Both the position numbers and the translations under genes were made by a program. From an uncultured Gammaproteobacteria bacterium (GTDB lineage: Bacteria; Patescibacteriota; Microgenomatia; CAYXHB01; CAZYTL01): a stretch of DNA of 64,000 nt. Below are positions 17,808 to 28,449 of the stretch, piece by piece. The stretch covers positions 216,018 to 280,017 of the forward strand of contig CAZYTL010000001.1 in the NCBI GenBank assembly GCA_964650355.1, written 5' to 3'. Below the pieces are notes generated by a model, which had not been told where the DNA came from, searched no databases, and was given only the letters and a program-made list of their open reading frames with translations. The first letter of the stretch is position 1; the number at the start of each line of letters is the position of its first letter.

Positions 17808-20800
17808 TTGTTCATGAAAATTAAACTACTGGTGAAAATTTTTATCCTTCTGCTAACTGGAGTTTTCACTTGGCTGCTTACTTCTCCCGTTCTGGCCCAA
17901 ACCAAACCAGCCTGGGTAACGCCAGCCTTCCCGATTCGAGGCCAGGAATTCTGGACATTAGAGGACCAAACTCCTTACGACAACTTCATGAACTATCGGC
18001 GTTTAGTCGACGACAACCAACTAGCCGCCACTTGGCTGTTCAGATATGATGCTTTGTTTGATGATCAGATCTATACTTCAGCCAGATTATTTCCTTCGAA
18101 TCAACAACGCGGCTTGTTTTTAGAAATCACTCCTCAATTGGCAACAGACGCCCAGGTTCCTTATCGCACAGGAGGGGGATGGTCAGACAGCAATCGGGTG
18201 TATATCTCGGGATATTCTCTGGAGCAACGCAAACGATTAATTGACACTGCTGTGTCAAGGTTTCTGCGGATATTAGGGCACTATCCTCGGGTAGTCGCCG
18301 CTTGGCACATTGATGCCTGGTCTGCCAATTACTTATCCCGATCTTACGGAATAAACTCCATAATTATCTGTGCGGATCAATATGCAACCGATCAATATCA
18401 ACTCTGGGGTGGTTGGTGGGGAGTGCCTTATTATCCTTCGAAAAACAACATCTTGATTCCGGCACAGACTGTCGATTACAAACTTCCCTTAGTGGTATCC
18501 CAGTGGGCAGCCAGGGATCCTCTAAAAGGTTACGGTGGCGGCGTGCAAGCCAGCACTTACAGCGTCCAAGTTAACGACTATTTATTGCATAACTTAGGGG
18601 TTAATTACTTTGAACAATTGCTCAACATCTACACTCAGAATGCGAATAATCAGTTCGGCTACCTGCTTATCGGTATTGAAAATGACTACGATTGGGAACA
18701 ATACCAACAAGAGATCAGTGACCAGCTGGCAATCGTGGGTCAATATCAGACCGAAAACAAATTAAAAACTATTACCATGGATGAATTCAGTCATTGGTAT
18801 CAACAATCGTTTCCTAATCTCTCTCCGCCTCACAAAATCACTAATGAGGGCTACCATCTGGGACTCCCGATCGCAGGGCAAGTCACCAATTCGACTAGCC
18901 AAAACAACACTGTTACTTGGGAAATGACGCCCCAGTATCGACTTGGTTATTTAATTAACCAGCAACAAATAACTGTTTTCGACTACCGTATCTACGATCA
19001 GAGATTTTCCGAGCCTTACCTGGAAACCAAAAATCAGTTCGCCCGGCTCAATTTAGTGGACCCAGCCCAGATCGATACGGTTACTTTCCCCCAGCAAGCC
19101 AAGAGAGTTGACGCTGAACAACTTGATCAACTTCGCCATCCTGCCACCCCCAGATTACCTTTTCAGACATCTTGGAAATCTGTGGCTGTATGGTATGGGG
19201 TCCTGCTCATCGTTCTAATCATCTTGGCCAGAAAAAGCCTTTTCTTAACTCTGCTCCTTCTGGCGGGTACCGTCACCATTTCCCTGCCAATGGTCAAAAG
19301 CGGCTGGTTGTACCCCTTCGGTATGGGCTTCTGGGGACCCAACGGCCACGACGGTATTTGGCATCTGAGTTTAATCGAACACTTTTCCCGTTCCTGGGAT
19401 TTTAACTCCCCCATCATGTCCGGCACCAAACTAACCAACTATCATTTTTTATTCGATCTGCTCTTGGCCCTGATTAACCGCCTGACACCCTTTTGGTCGG
19501 CAACTACCTTATATTTTCAAATCATTCCTCCTTTGCTGGCTGTTTTGTTAGGCTGGCTGACTTACCAGTTTACTCTTACCTGGTCTCAGTCAAAATTATC
19601 CGCTTATTTGGCAGTCATCCTCATCTATTTTGGTTCGGGCTTCGGTTGGCTAGTCAGCCTACTCCGGGATCACAATTTAGGAGGAGAATCAGTATTTTGG
19701 TCTACCCAAGCTATTTCCACTCTGATCAATCCTCCTTTTGCTTTATCTTTGGTCTTACTGCTTACAGGATTGATTCTCTTCCAAAAATACCAGCATAAAA
19801 AGGTAGCGCAAGAACCAAAACTTTTTATTCTCACATCTGTTATCTTTGGTCTGCTGATTCATGCCAAGTCCTACGCCGGAATCTTAATCTTGGGCAGTCT
19901 GGCCATTTTGTCTCTCTTCGAAATAATTAAAATCATCCTTTCCAGGAAAGATATCAAAGGCCAGTTGTTAAAGCTCAATAGTCTTAAAATCCTTATTCTT
20001 TCCTCAGTTATTGCCCTCGTCACCTTTCTCCCCGTCCTTGATCTGTCAAAGACTTCGCTGATTTTTTCACCCTTTTGGTTTCCCCATACTATGCTGCTCT
20101 TCTCAGACCGATTTCATTGGCCTGAACTCTATAATGCCATCCCCACTTATTGGGCTACTCATAATTATCCCAAAGCCTTGGCAGCAGAACTTCTGGCCCT
20201 CGTCATTTTTCTGGCGGGCAATCTGGGCGTTCGCTTGATTGGCGGAATTTATGTAATCAAAGGGCTTCTCGCATCAATAAAGACCAAACAGTATTTCCCA
20301 GCAATTGACTGGCTATTAATCTATATAGTTGTAATCGCAACCATCATTCCTCTCTTGTTTATCCAGACAGGTACCCCGTGGAACACTATCCAGTTCTTCT
20401 ATTACGCATTGGTAATGATGAGCCTGTTTACTGCCAGAATTTTGGGGTCCTGGCTTAACCAATTACCTGCTAAAAAAGTCTTAACAACAGGGGCAAAAAT
20501 TGTGACATTTGGCACAATTTTTGCCCTCAGCTTCCCCACAACTGTCGGCACCTTGCAGCAATATCTGCCCTACCGCGCTCCTGCCAGAATCCCGTATGAA
20601 GAACTGGCTGCCCTGGAGTTTCTCAGCCACCAGCCGCAGGGAGTCGTGCTGACGTATCCTTTTGACGAGCAAAAAGTAGCCGATTATGGGCCTCCCAAAC
20701 CCTTGGCTTACTACGTGTCAACCGCTTATGTCTCAGCCATGAGCGGTCATCCGGTTTATTTAGAAGATGAAATCAACCTGGACATCATCACCTCAGGAAT

Positions 20801-21002
20801 AGAATGGCAAGAACGCAAACAAACAGCTAATCAATTCTTTCTCACCTTAAATCCGCAATCCGCCAACCAATTTCTTGACCAACAATCCATCGCATACCTT
20901 TACCTTCTCCGAGGTCAACCTCTCAATCTTCATCTTGATCAACTTCGTCTGGAGAAAATCTTTGATAATGGCTTAGTTACTATTTATCAAAGACAATCTT
21001 GA
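17808..21002 (+). CDS. large envelope protein: signal peptide, ~430-aa extracytoplasmic domain, then a polytopic (GT-C-like) membrane domain and a C-terminal soluble domain
   Basis: 1064 aa. Start codon abuts the flippase stop. At least 12 predicted TM helices after residue ~440. No named motif recognised. Confidence 0.5.
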   Translation: MFMKIKLLVKIFILLLTGVFTWLLTSPVLAQTKPAWVTPAFPIRGQEFWTLEDQTPYDNFMNYRRLVDDNQLAATWLFRYDALFDDQIYTSARLFPSNQQRGLFLEITPQLATDAQVPYRTGGGWSDSNRVYISGYSLEQRKRLIDTAVSRFLRILGHYPRVVAAWHIDAWSANYLSRSYGINSIIICADQYATDQYQLWGGWWGVPYYPSKNNILIPAQTVDYKLPLVVSQWAARDPLKGYGGGVQASTYSVQVNDYLLHNLGVNYFEQLLNIYTQNANNQFGYLLIGIENDYDWEQYQQEISDQLAIVGQYQTENKLKTITMDEFSHWYQQSFPNLSPPHKITNEGYHLGLPIAGQVTNSTSQNNTVTWEMTPQYRLGYLINQQQITVFDYRIYDQRFSEPYLETKNQFARLNLVDPAQIDTVTFPQQAKRVDAEQLDQLRHPATPRLPFQTSWKSVAVWYGVLLIVLIILARKSLFLTLLLLAGTVTISLPMVKSGWLYPFGMGFWGPNGHDGIWHLSLIEHFSRSWDFNSPIMSGTKLTNYHFLFDLLLALINRLTPFWSATTLYFQIIPPLLAVLLGWLTYQFTLTWSQSKLSAYLAVILIYFGSGFGWLVSLLRDHNLGGESVFWSTQAISTLINPPFALSLVLLLTGLILFQKYQHKKVAQEPKLFILTSVIFGLLIHAKSYAGILILGSLAILSLFEIIKIILSRKDIKGQLLKLNSLKILILSSVIALVTFLPVLDLSKTSLIFSPFWFPHTMLLFSDRFHWPELYNAIPTYWATHNYPKALAAELLALVIFLAGNLGVRLIGGIYVIKGLLASIKTKQYFPAIDWLLIYIVVIATIIPLLFIQTGTPWNTIQFFYYALVMMSLFTARILGSWLNQLPAKKVLTTGAKIVTFGTIFALSFPTTVGTLQQYLPYRAPARIPYEELAALEFLSHQPQGVVLTYPFDEQKVADYGPPKPLAYYVSTAYVSAMSGHPVYLEDEINLDIITSGIEWQERKQTANQFFLTLNPQSANQFLDQQSIAYLYLLRGQPLNLHLDQLRLEKIFDNGLVTIYQRQS

Positions 21003-21017
21003 GCATCTTAATCTGGC

Positions 21018-22184
21018 ATGAAAGTTGTTCGCTATCTCAAACAGCACCCCTTTGTGTTTATCCTCGCTGCTATTATAGCTTGGCGATTATTCTTAACCAT
21101 AGGTTGGCTTTTGGGTAATTGGCTGATTCCGGTTTTTGATCCCAGCTTTCCTTATTTTCACGACGCCTTAGAGTACAATCCTTCCTGGATTTGGCCTTGG
21201 GGTAATTTTGACGGTGTCCATTATCTCTTAATTGCCGAACGTGGGTACATTTATGAATATTACCAAGTATTTTTTCCCCTCTATCCACTCGCCATCCGTG
21301 GGCTCACGTCTCTAGTTCAGAATTACCTGGCCAGTGGACTAATTATTAGCCATCTAGCTCTCTTGGCTGCCTCATACTTTCTGATTAAAATTGGTCACCA
21401 AGTTAAACTGTCACTTCCTTTACTTCTCGTCACCTACTTAATTTTCCCCACCTCCTTTTATCTGGGAAGCGTTTATACGGAGTCTCTATTCTTAATGCTG
21501 TCTCTGGCTACCTTCTACTTTGCTTTTCAGAACCGCTGGTGGTTATCCGGTCTCAGCGGAGGACTGGCTACTCTCACTCGGGTCTCAGGTATTTTTTTAT
21601 TTCCCAGTTTGCTGATTATTTGGTGGCAGCAACGTAAACTTTCATCGCATTCCGAACCCAAGCAGTTAAAAGACCAGCTGTCATTCTTCTGGTTATTGCT
21701 CATCCCAGCGGGTTTGCTTATCTATATGCTCTATCTGAATTATCAAGTGCACGACCCGCTCTATTTCATCCATGCCCAACCTTATTTCAGTTCTTATCGC
21801 CAGGTAAACACTTTTACTCTCTGGCCTCAGGTAGTCTGGCGGTATATAAAAATGCTGGTTACGGTTAATCCTCTCACTCCCACCTACTTTACCACTTGTA
21901 TAGAAATGCTTATCGGCCTGGGATTTGCCTGGTTAAGTATTTTAAGCTGGAAACGCTTAGGTCCCGCCTTAGGGATTTATACTTTAAGCAACTACTTACT
22001 GCCTACTTTCACCGGCAGTTTTTCCTCTGTTCCCCGTTACGTGCTCATCCTTTTTCCTGCCTTTATAGTCTTGAGTCAGGAAATCCGGGCCCATCGCTGG
22101 TTTAGACTGGTTTATTTTTCTCTCAGCCCTGTATTATTGTTAAGTTGTGTCATCTATTTCACCCGTGGTTGGTGGGTGGGGTAA
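21018..22184 (+). CDS. polytopic membrane protein, PIG-V/mannosyltransferase-like GT-C candidate
   Basis: 388 aa, 9-11 TM. Loop motif FDGVHYLLIAERGY resembles the conserved loop of GPI-mannosyltransferase-like bacterial families. Confidence 0.45.
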   Translation: MKVVRYLKQHPFVFILAAIIAWRLFLTIGWLLGNWLIPVFDPSFPYFHDALEYNPSWIWPWGNFDGVHYLLIAERGYIYEYYQVFFPLYPLAIRGLTSLVQNYLASGLIISHLALLAASYFLIKIGHQVKLSLPLLLVTYLIFPTSFYLGSVYTESLFLMLSLATFYFAFQNRWWLSGLSGGLATLTRVSGIFLFPSLLIIWWQQRKLSSHSEPKQLKDQLSFFWLLLIPAGLLIYMLYLNYQVHDPLYFIHAQPYFSSYRQVNTFTLWPQVVWRYIKMLVTVNPLTPTYFTTCIEMLIGLGFAWLSILSWKRLGPALGIYTLSNYLLPTFTGSFSSVPRYVLILFPAFIVLSQEIRAHRWFRLVYFSLSPVLLLSCVIYFTRGWWVG

Positions 22185-22231
22185 AAGCTTGAATTTTTCT
22201 GTTTTGATTTCATATTTATAAACCTCATTCT

Positions 22232-24640
22232 ATGGCAAACAAAAAGAATTATCTGATATTGGCAATCTTCGTTTCCATTACCATTCTCTTCTTCTGGAAA
22301 TTTTTCCTCCGGGGATTCATTCCCCTGCCTGCAGACATCATTACCGGTCTATATTATCCCTGGCTGGATTATCAATGGGGCAACCTGGTAGGTGTGGCAG
22401 TTAAAAACCCACTCATGTCCGACATCCCTTCCTTAATCTACCCGTGGCGCACATTGGCGGTCAAACTGCCTCAGTCGGGTAAGTGGCCTTTATGGAACCA
22501 GTACAGTTTTTCTGGTTATCCCTTGTTGGGCAATTGGCAGTCAGCTCCGTTTTCTCCTGCCAACATTTTTTATCTGCTGCCCTCTCTGCCCCTGGGCTGG
22601 AGTCTGGGAGTAATCTTTCAGCCCTTATTGGCGGCCTGGTTCATGTATCTTTGGTTGCGGCATCATCAACTTCGCCCCTTGGCAGCCTTTTTGGGTGGAG
22701 TGTTGTACGCCTTTTGCGGTTTTCACTTTACTTGGATGGACTACAACACCCACTTGTGGACCACTCTCTGGTTCCCTTTGATTTTGCTGTCCGTCGATCA
22801 ACTTTTAGCCGGCAATTACGCATGGACTAAATGGCTGGCAGTCTTCATCGCGCTATCAATTCTTTCCGGCTATCCCATCATCCTGGTTTACGAATTTATG
22901 GTGGTCAGCGCCTATTCTCTTTACCGCCTGCTGGAAAAACCATCCAGAAAACAAAGATCCCTTCTCAAGCTCGCCCTCCATCTGGTTTTCAGTCTGGGCT
23001 TAGGCCTGGGCCTGTCAGCCATTCAATGGTTGCCTGGTTGGCAAACCATTCAACAATCCATTCACGCTTATGACCAGTCCACTTTAAATTCAGCTAACCA
23101 AGGCTTCATGCCCTTCATGCACTGGCTTACCGCTCTGGCTCCTGACTTATTCGGTAATCCGGCCACCTATAATTACTGGGGCATTGGCTACTATGATAAT
23201 TGGGCTTTCTACATTTCCATCGGCGCATTATTACTGGCCGGCTACGCCTTTATCCGCGTTAAATCAGCGCGCTTTTGGTTGTTGATCCTGCTTTTAGGCG
23301 TAACTTTATCTTCTGCCAATCCTTTGGGTAATGGCTTAAGGCAATTAATTCCTCTGCTTAACAACAGCATCCCTTCCCGGGGTTTATTTTTAGTTGACTT
23401 AGGTTTGGCAGTGGCTGGGGCTTACGGCTTGCAGCAGATCCTTAGCCAGCCAAAGAAATCGGCGATCGCCGTTTATCTGCCCTTGGCTGTCATTGGCGGA
23501 TTAATGGCTTTGCTGTGGGCGAATGTGTTAATTGCCAATTTCCTGCATATTCCAGACTTACTTGACCATCAAGACGTTGCCACCCGTAACTTGATCCTGC
23601 CTACCTTAACCTACTTTATTTGTGCCGGATTATTGATTTTCCCTCAATTATTAAAAATAAATCGGATTACCTGGTGGTGGGCACTCCTGGTGGTGGTAAT
23701 CATCGCTGACTTATTCCGTTACGGCTGGAAATATTTACCCTTTACGCCGGCCTCATACCTTTATCCTCCCACTGAAATCACCAACTGGCTGTTGGCTCAA
23801 AAACAAACTCAGGAACCATTCCGGGTGGAGTTTGGCAAAGTTATCCCTCCCAATCTGTGGATTCCTTATCGATTGGAATCGCCTACCGGCTATGATGCCC
23901 TCCAACCTTTAAGATCAGGCCAGTTTTTGGAAGCTATCCAATCCGGACAACTGAAAACCGACTCTCTGAGTCGCTTTCCTGAAATTCAAAACCTAGACAG
24001 CCCCTTATTTCCTTTAACCAATACCAAATACGTTTTAGCCCTGAAATATACGGACAAATGGGAACGCAGTCTTGACGGTACTCAATACCAGGAAATTTAT
24101 GACCGCCCTTACCTTCTACCCGTATACACCCATGGCACCGTGACCGTGTTTGAAAACCAGCGCTTTTTGCCCCGGGCCTTTGTGGTTCCTCACGCAGAAA
24201 TAATGGCTGATGATCAACAACTAATTGCCGGACTCACTGATCCTCAAACCGATTTATTACACACGGTTTATTTAGAAAATCAGGACCGCCAATTACCATT
24301 AATTACTGAAAATCAATCACTCCCTAATTACCAGATTTCCTGGCAGCAATCTGAAGGTCAAAGCCGTCAGTTAGAAGTTCAGACCGATCAGCCCGGCTAT
24401 TTAGTCATCCTGGAATCATACCATCCTGCCTGGCAAGCCCTGATAGATCACCGGCCCGCTTCTCTCAATCGGGCGGATTTCAATTTTATGGCCTTACCTA
24501 TGCTTGCGGGCAGTCATCAGGTCTCCTTGAATTTCTGGCCCCTCAGTTTCCAACGTGGCTTGTGGATTACCTGTGGATCAATTTTGTTTTGGTTATTTTG
24601 GGTAGTTAAATCTCGACTACATGGTATCAAGAAAACCTAA
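22232..24640 (+). CDS. YfhO-family membrane protein (glycopolymer glycosylation-type GT-C)
   Basis: 802 aa. Polytopic N-terminal half, large extracytoplasmic C-terminal domain, final TM anchor. YHPAWQA motif is shared with the two paralogs at 41389 and 44876. Confidence 0.55.
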   Translation: MANKKNYLILAIFVSITILFFWKFFLRGFIPLPADIITGLYYPWLDYQWGNLVGVAVKNPLMSDIPSLIYPWRTLAVKLPQSGKWPLWNQYSFSGYPLLGNWQSAPFSPANIFYLLPSLPLGWSLGVIFQPLLAAWFMYLWLRHHQLRPLAAFLGGVLYAFCGFHFTWMDYNTHLWTTLWFPLILLSVDQLLAGNYAWTKWLAVFIALSILSGYPIILVYEFMVVSAYSLYRLLEKPSRKQRSLLKLALHLVFSLGLGLGLSAIQWLPGWQTIQQSIHAYDQSTLNSANQGFMPFMHWLTALAPDLFGNPATYNYWGIGYYDNWAFYISIGALLLAGYAFIRVKSARFWLLILLLGVTLSSANPLGNGLRQLIPLLNNSIPSRGLFLVDLGLAVAGAYGLQQILSQPKKSAIAVYLPLAVIGGLMALLWANVLIANFLHIPDLLDHQDVATRNLILPTLTYFICAGLLIFPQLLKINRITWWWALLVVVIIADLFRYGWKYLPFTPASYLYPPTEITNWLLAQKQTQEPFRVEFGKVIPPNLWIPYRLESPTGYDALQPLRSGQFLEAIQSGQLKTDSLSRFPEIQNLDSPLFPLTNTKYVLALKYTDKWERSLDGTQYQEIYDRPYLLPVYTHGTVTVFENQRFLPRAFVVPHAEIMADDQQLIAGLTDPQTDLLHTVYLENQDRQLPLITENQSLPNYQISWQQSEGQSRQLEVQTDQPGYLVILESYHPAWQALIDHRPASLNRADFNFMALPMLAGSHQVSLNFWPLSFQRGLWITCGSILFWLFWVVKSRLHGIKKT

Positions 24641-26213
24641 TCTCTTAGCATTATCTGAATTCCGCTTAATCGCGGTAATCATGATAATTGTTCTTATCAT
24701 TACCACCGTATTCCGCGTCATGGCAGTGAGTAATTATAATTTTGCTGTCACTCATGATCAGGCACGGGACTTTTTGGAAGTGGCCAGCATTGTTATCGGC
24801 CACCGCCCGGCCTTAGTAGGACCAACTACCAGCATCAACGGCGTTTTTTTGGGTCCCTTTTTATACTACTTCTTAATCATTCCGTTTATTTTGGGAGCTG
24901 GCGATCCTCAATGGATGGTGTTTTGGCAGATCTTCTGGTATCAATTGGCCGGCGTAGCCTTGTTTGGGATCTTAAAAAAGCGCCCCTGGTTGGCTTTGAT
25001 GACTAGCAGCTTATTTTTACTCATGCCCGTGGGATTTTTAGTCAATCGCTATTACTGGAGCGCCAATCTTATGCCGGCCGTGATTGCCTGGTGGCTAATT
25101 GCGCTTTTAATTACCCTGTCTAAACCAACTAACGTCCGCTTATTGGTCTTAGGACTGATCACCGGCATTCCTCTTCAAGCAGAAGCCGCCTTGGGCATCT
25201 TAATCTTTCCCTTTACCTGGCTGTATCTCCGGTCTAAACGTTATAAATTTAACCAACTAGGTTTGTTAACTATCGGTTTCGGATTGACGCTCATGCCTCA
25301 ATTTTTGTATGAACTTCGTCATCACTTCAGCCAAACTCAGGTACTGATCCGGGAATTCACCGGCCAAGCCCCTATCCTGGGCCAACGGTTAACTTTTGGA
25401 CAACGGCTGGTTAACCGTTGGCAAATCCTACTGCAACTGATCAGGAACACCAATCATGTGTATTGGTGGGTGGTATTTGGTCTTTTTCTCGCCAGTCTGG
25501 CATTTTTACTGGAGCGTTATCGAAAGTTATCTAATCTCTCCCTATCCCTGACCCGCATCAGTCTGGGCCTGCTACTTTTGTCCGGGATGTTCTACCTTCT
25601 CTTTCCTCAAGCCTTAAAAACCTGGTATCTGCACGGACTTACCATTCCTTTAATGATCGTCACGGCTGTGGCTGCAGCCGAAATCGCCGCATTTCGTCAG
25701 GTTGGAGTTAAAATTATTCCTCTATTTTTGCTCGGCCTAACTCTAGTTTTTACGATTAAAGAACAGGCTAAATACATCAGGGTCGCTCAGGAATTTAAAA
25801 ATCAGGATCCGGGCAATCTGTATAATGAAATGCAGGTGGTTGACTGGGTCTATAAGCAGGCGCAGGGCAGAGGATTCCGGGTTTATGATTACCGGCCGGA
25901 AATTTACGATTATCCTAACCAGTACGTTTTCTGGTGGTACGGAACTGAAAAGTACGGCTACCAACCCGAAACTATTACCTATGCTGACAACGTACCTGCT
26001 TACGTTAAAAGCGCGGATAAACTCTGGAACCAGACCACACCACCGCAACCGGATACTTCGACCCCACAATTAGTCTTCCTTATCCTTGATCCCGACCCTA
26101 AACATCCTAGGCGCCAACAAGCCTGGCTGGATAAATTTAACCATCTTTGCACCGCAACAGAACATCAATTTGACTGGAAAACACGGGTGGATTTTCGCCA
26201 TCTCTGTCCATAG
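24621..26213 (+). CDS. ArnT/PMT-family (GT83/GT39-like) membrane glycosyltransferase candidate
   Basis: 530 aa. N-terminal THDQARDFLEVASIVIGHRPALVGP resembles the DE/HPPL loop signature of undecaprenyl-phosphate-sugar-dependent GT-C enzymes. Overlaps the upstream gene by 20 bp. Confidence 0.5.
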   Translation: MVSRKPNLLALSEFRLIAVIMIIVLIITTVFRVMAVSNYNFAVTHDQARDFLEVASIVIGHRPALVGPTTSINGVFLGPFLYYFLIIPFILGAGDPQWMVFWQIFWYQLAGVALFGILKKRPWLALMTSSLFLLMPVGFLVNRYYWSANLMPAVIAWWLIALLITLSKPTNVRLLVLGLITGIPLQAEAALGILIFPFTWLYLRSKRYKFNQLGLLTIGFGLTLMPQFLYELRHHFSQTQVLIREFTGQAPILGQRLTFGQRLVNRWQILLQLIRNTNHVYWWVVFGLFLASLAFLLERYRKLSNLSLSLTRISLGLLLLSGMFYLLFPQALKTWYLHGLTIPLMIVTAVAAAEIAAFRQVGVKIIPLFLLGLTLVFTIKEQAKYIRVAQEFKNQDPGNLYNEMQVVDWVYKQAQGRGFRVYDYRPEIYDYPNQYVFWWYGTEKYGYQPETITYADNVPAYVKSADKLWNQTTPPQPDTSTPQLVFLILDPDPKHPRRQQAWLDKFNHLCTATEHQFDWKTRVDFRHLCP

Positions 26214-26269
26214 TCAACTAAAATCTTAGTTCCTTCGTATCTATAGTTTTTGATATAATTAACCTACTT

Positions 26270-26911
26270 ATGGTAGAACAAGAAACCAACGGAGTTCCAT
26301 CTTCCAGAAATGAAGAAACCGAGAGCATAGACCCACTTGCTTCCGCCATTCAAAGGCTAGATTCTTTGGAGGTAGTAGTGGGTATAGGTAGATATCAACA
26401 CGAACTGAATGCGTTAGATGAATCATTAACCCTTCAACTTCCTGAGGATAATAGGATTTTAGCCCACTGTTATTTCGAAATTCAGTCGTATCAACAGGCA
26501 TTTAGTGCCTATTTTAAGGAAAATGGAGGCGGAGAAAGATTCGGGGCAGCTTATGAGAGAAGGAGAAATGGAGATCAAATAGACGAAGTTGAAGAAGAAG
26601 GATTAAGGCTTCGTAATCGTTCCGATCGTGCAGCAGGAGCATTCAATCTCACCCATCGGTTAATTAAAGCTAATTTTTATACTCGGAATCTGAAACCAAA
26701 TATGATACAAATCGCGCAACTCTTAGCCGGACCAGAAGCAGCTTCCTTAGCAGAATCGATGATTGTTGAGCAGGAAATCGAAGCGTTTAGCCAAAATGGA
26801 GAGTCTCCGGATCAGGCAGCCCAACAAATGGTGACAGAGGCTAAAAAACTACTTACAATTGCAGTAGACAAGGACAGGGAAGCCGTACTTGCTCAATTAG
26901 AATTAGATTAA
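26270..26911 (+). CDS. hypothetical acidic protein
   Basis: 213-aa ORF with no recognisable motif. Convergent with ftsA. Confidence 0.35.
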   Translation: MVEQETNGVPSSRNEETESIDPLASAIQRLDSLEVVVGIGRYQHELNALDESLTLQLPEDNRILAHCYFEIQSYQQAFSAYFKENGGGERFGAAYERRRNGDQIDEVEEEGLRLRNRSDRAAGAFNLTHRLIKANFYTRNLKPNMIQIAQLLAGPEAASLAESMIVEQEIEAFSQNGESPDQAAQQMVTEAKKLLTIAVDKDREAVLAQLELD

Positions 26912-26998
26912 AATCTAAGATTTGGTTCTTTGTTTTTTTATTTATTATCACCGTTTCCCAATCATTGGGAACTAGGTGTAAGCGCTCTTTTCTTTCAC

Positions 26999-28351
26999 CT
27001 ACGGTAGAAACGATTTAACCAAATCAATCGCTTTACCCAGTGCGCCTTTAATTGGCAGCTTGGGTAAATTGGTCTTGGGCATTTTCAGATTAAAGCCGCC
27101 TGGCTCAATCTCCTCATCTTTGAGTGCGTAGAGAATCATCCCGATACTGGTAGCATAAGCCGGGGTGCTGATATCTTCTATCAGTCCGGACACGCCCTGA
27201 GGTTCGCCTATTCTCACCGGCACAGACAACGTCCGTTTGGCCGTACTGACTGCGCCTACTGTTAAAGCTCCTCCTCCGCAAAGCACTAAACCTGACGGCA
27301 CCACGTGTCCCAGTCCGCTTTTCTTAATCTCCTGGCCAATCAAATAAAAAATCTCGTCTAATCTGGGGCGAATAATGCCATCCACCACCGTTTTTCTGGA
27401 AATTTCCTGCAATTCCTCCTTGATGCCCAACTTGTCTAAATCAATCATATCTTTCTTTTTCTCTCTTAACTTGGCCATTTTTTTATCTTCCGGTTCCTGC
27501 CTTTCAGGTGGCATGACCGGAACTTTTTCTTCTTTGCCCAGCGCTAACTTGATTTTCTCTGCACTTTCCAAAGACACCCGCAAGCCAATCGCCAAATCGT
27601 TGGTCACATTTTTGGCTCCGATCGGGATCACCGAAGAATAAGCTAAACTGCCTTCCACATAGATCGCAATATCCGTCGTGCCTCCGCCAATGTCGGCCAA
27701 AACCACTCCCAGTTCCTTTTCTGTTTCCGACAACACCGCCTGAGCTGAAGCATAACCATTAAATACCACATCTTCGACCGTGGCGCCGATTTCAGCTACA
27801 CATTTCTGCAAATTGCGCAACGCGGTGGACGATCCAGTGATTAAGTGGGTGTTAACCTCTAGTCTCACTCCGGTCATCCCGATGGGATCGCGAATTCCTT
27901 CCTGGCTATCTACGGTGTAATGCATGGGCAGCACATGCATTATTTCATGGCTGGTAGGCAGTTGGATTGCCTGAGCTGCTTCCACGACTCTTTGGATATC
28001 CTCAGGAGTAATTTCTCCTTCGGGTTCGGCCACTGCCACTACCCCATGACTGTTCTTGGATTCAATATGCGTGCCACTGACGTTCACCACTGTACGGTTG
28101 ATATTCGTGCCGGCCATGCGTTCTGCCGCCTCCACAGATTCGATCACAGCTTGCGTGGCCTCATCAATATTCACGATGATGCCTTTGCGTACTCCGTGGC
28201 TCTCTACCGAGGCCGCCCCCACGATATTGATCCGGCCGGTTTCTTCTGATTGTTGAGCAATCAAGGTGGCAATTTTGGAGCTCCCGATATCTATACTGGT
28301 TACTAATCTGGTTTTGGCCATGTGTTTAAAATGTTTAGGTGAGAGTGCCAA
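26999..28351 (-). CDS. ftsA: cell division protein FtsA
   Basis: 450 aa. SIDIGSSKI and DIGGGTTDIAIY actin-fold ATPase motifs. Lys-rich insertion (KKMAKLREKKKDMIDLDKLGIKEE) in the C-terminal half. Confidence 0.9.
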   Translation of the reverse strand: MALSPKHFKHMAKTRLVTSIDIGSSKIATLIAQQSEETGRINIVGAASVESHGVRKGIIVNIDEATQAVIESVEAAERMAGTNINRTVVNVSGTHIESKNSHGVVAVAEPEGEITPEDIQRVVEAAQAIQLPTSHEIMHVLPMHYTVDSQEGIRDPIGMTGVRLEVNTHLITGSSTALRNLQKCVAEIGATVEDVVFNGYASAQAVLSETEKELGVVLADIGGGTTDIAIYVEGSLAYSSVIPIGAKNVTNDLAIGLRVSLESAEKIKLALGKEEKVPVMPPERQEPEDKKMAKLREKKKDMIDLDKLGIKEELQEISRKTVVDGIIRPRLDEIFYLIGQEIKKSGLGHVVPSGLVLCGGGALTVGAVSTAKRTLSVPVRIGEPQGVSGLIEDISTPAYATSIGMILYALKDEEIEPGGFNLKMPKTNLPKLPIKGALGKAIDLVKSFLP

Positions 28352-28449
28352 AGACGGACAGGCGTTTCAGTAGGGTTTTAACACAATACCACGTCCCCCT
28401 TTTACTATCCGGGCCTAGTTACCATCACCACATAACTTAAGATTAAATC

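Noticed and set aside
26955-26971. Perfect palindrome ttcccaatcattgggaa between convergent genes
   Set aside because: The 1-nt loop makes it a poor hairpin, and no U-tract follows on either strand. Possibly a protein-binding site, but there is too little to call.
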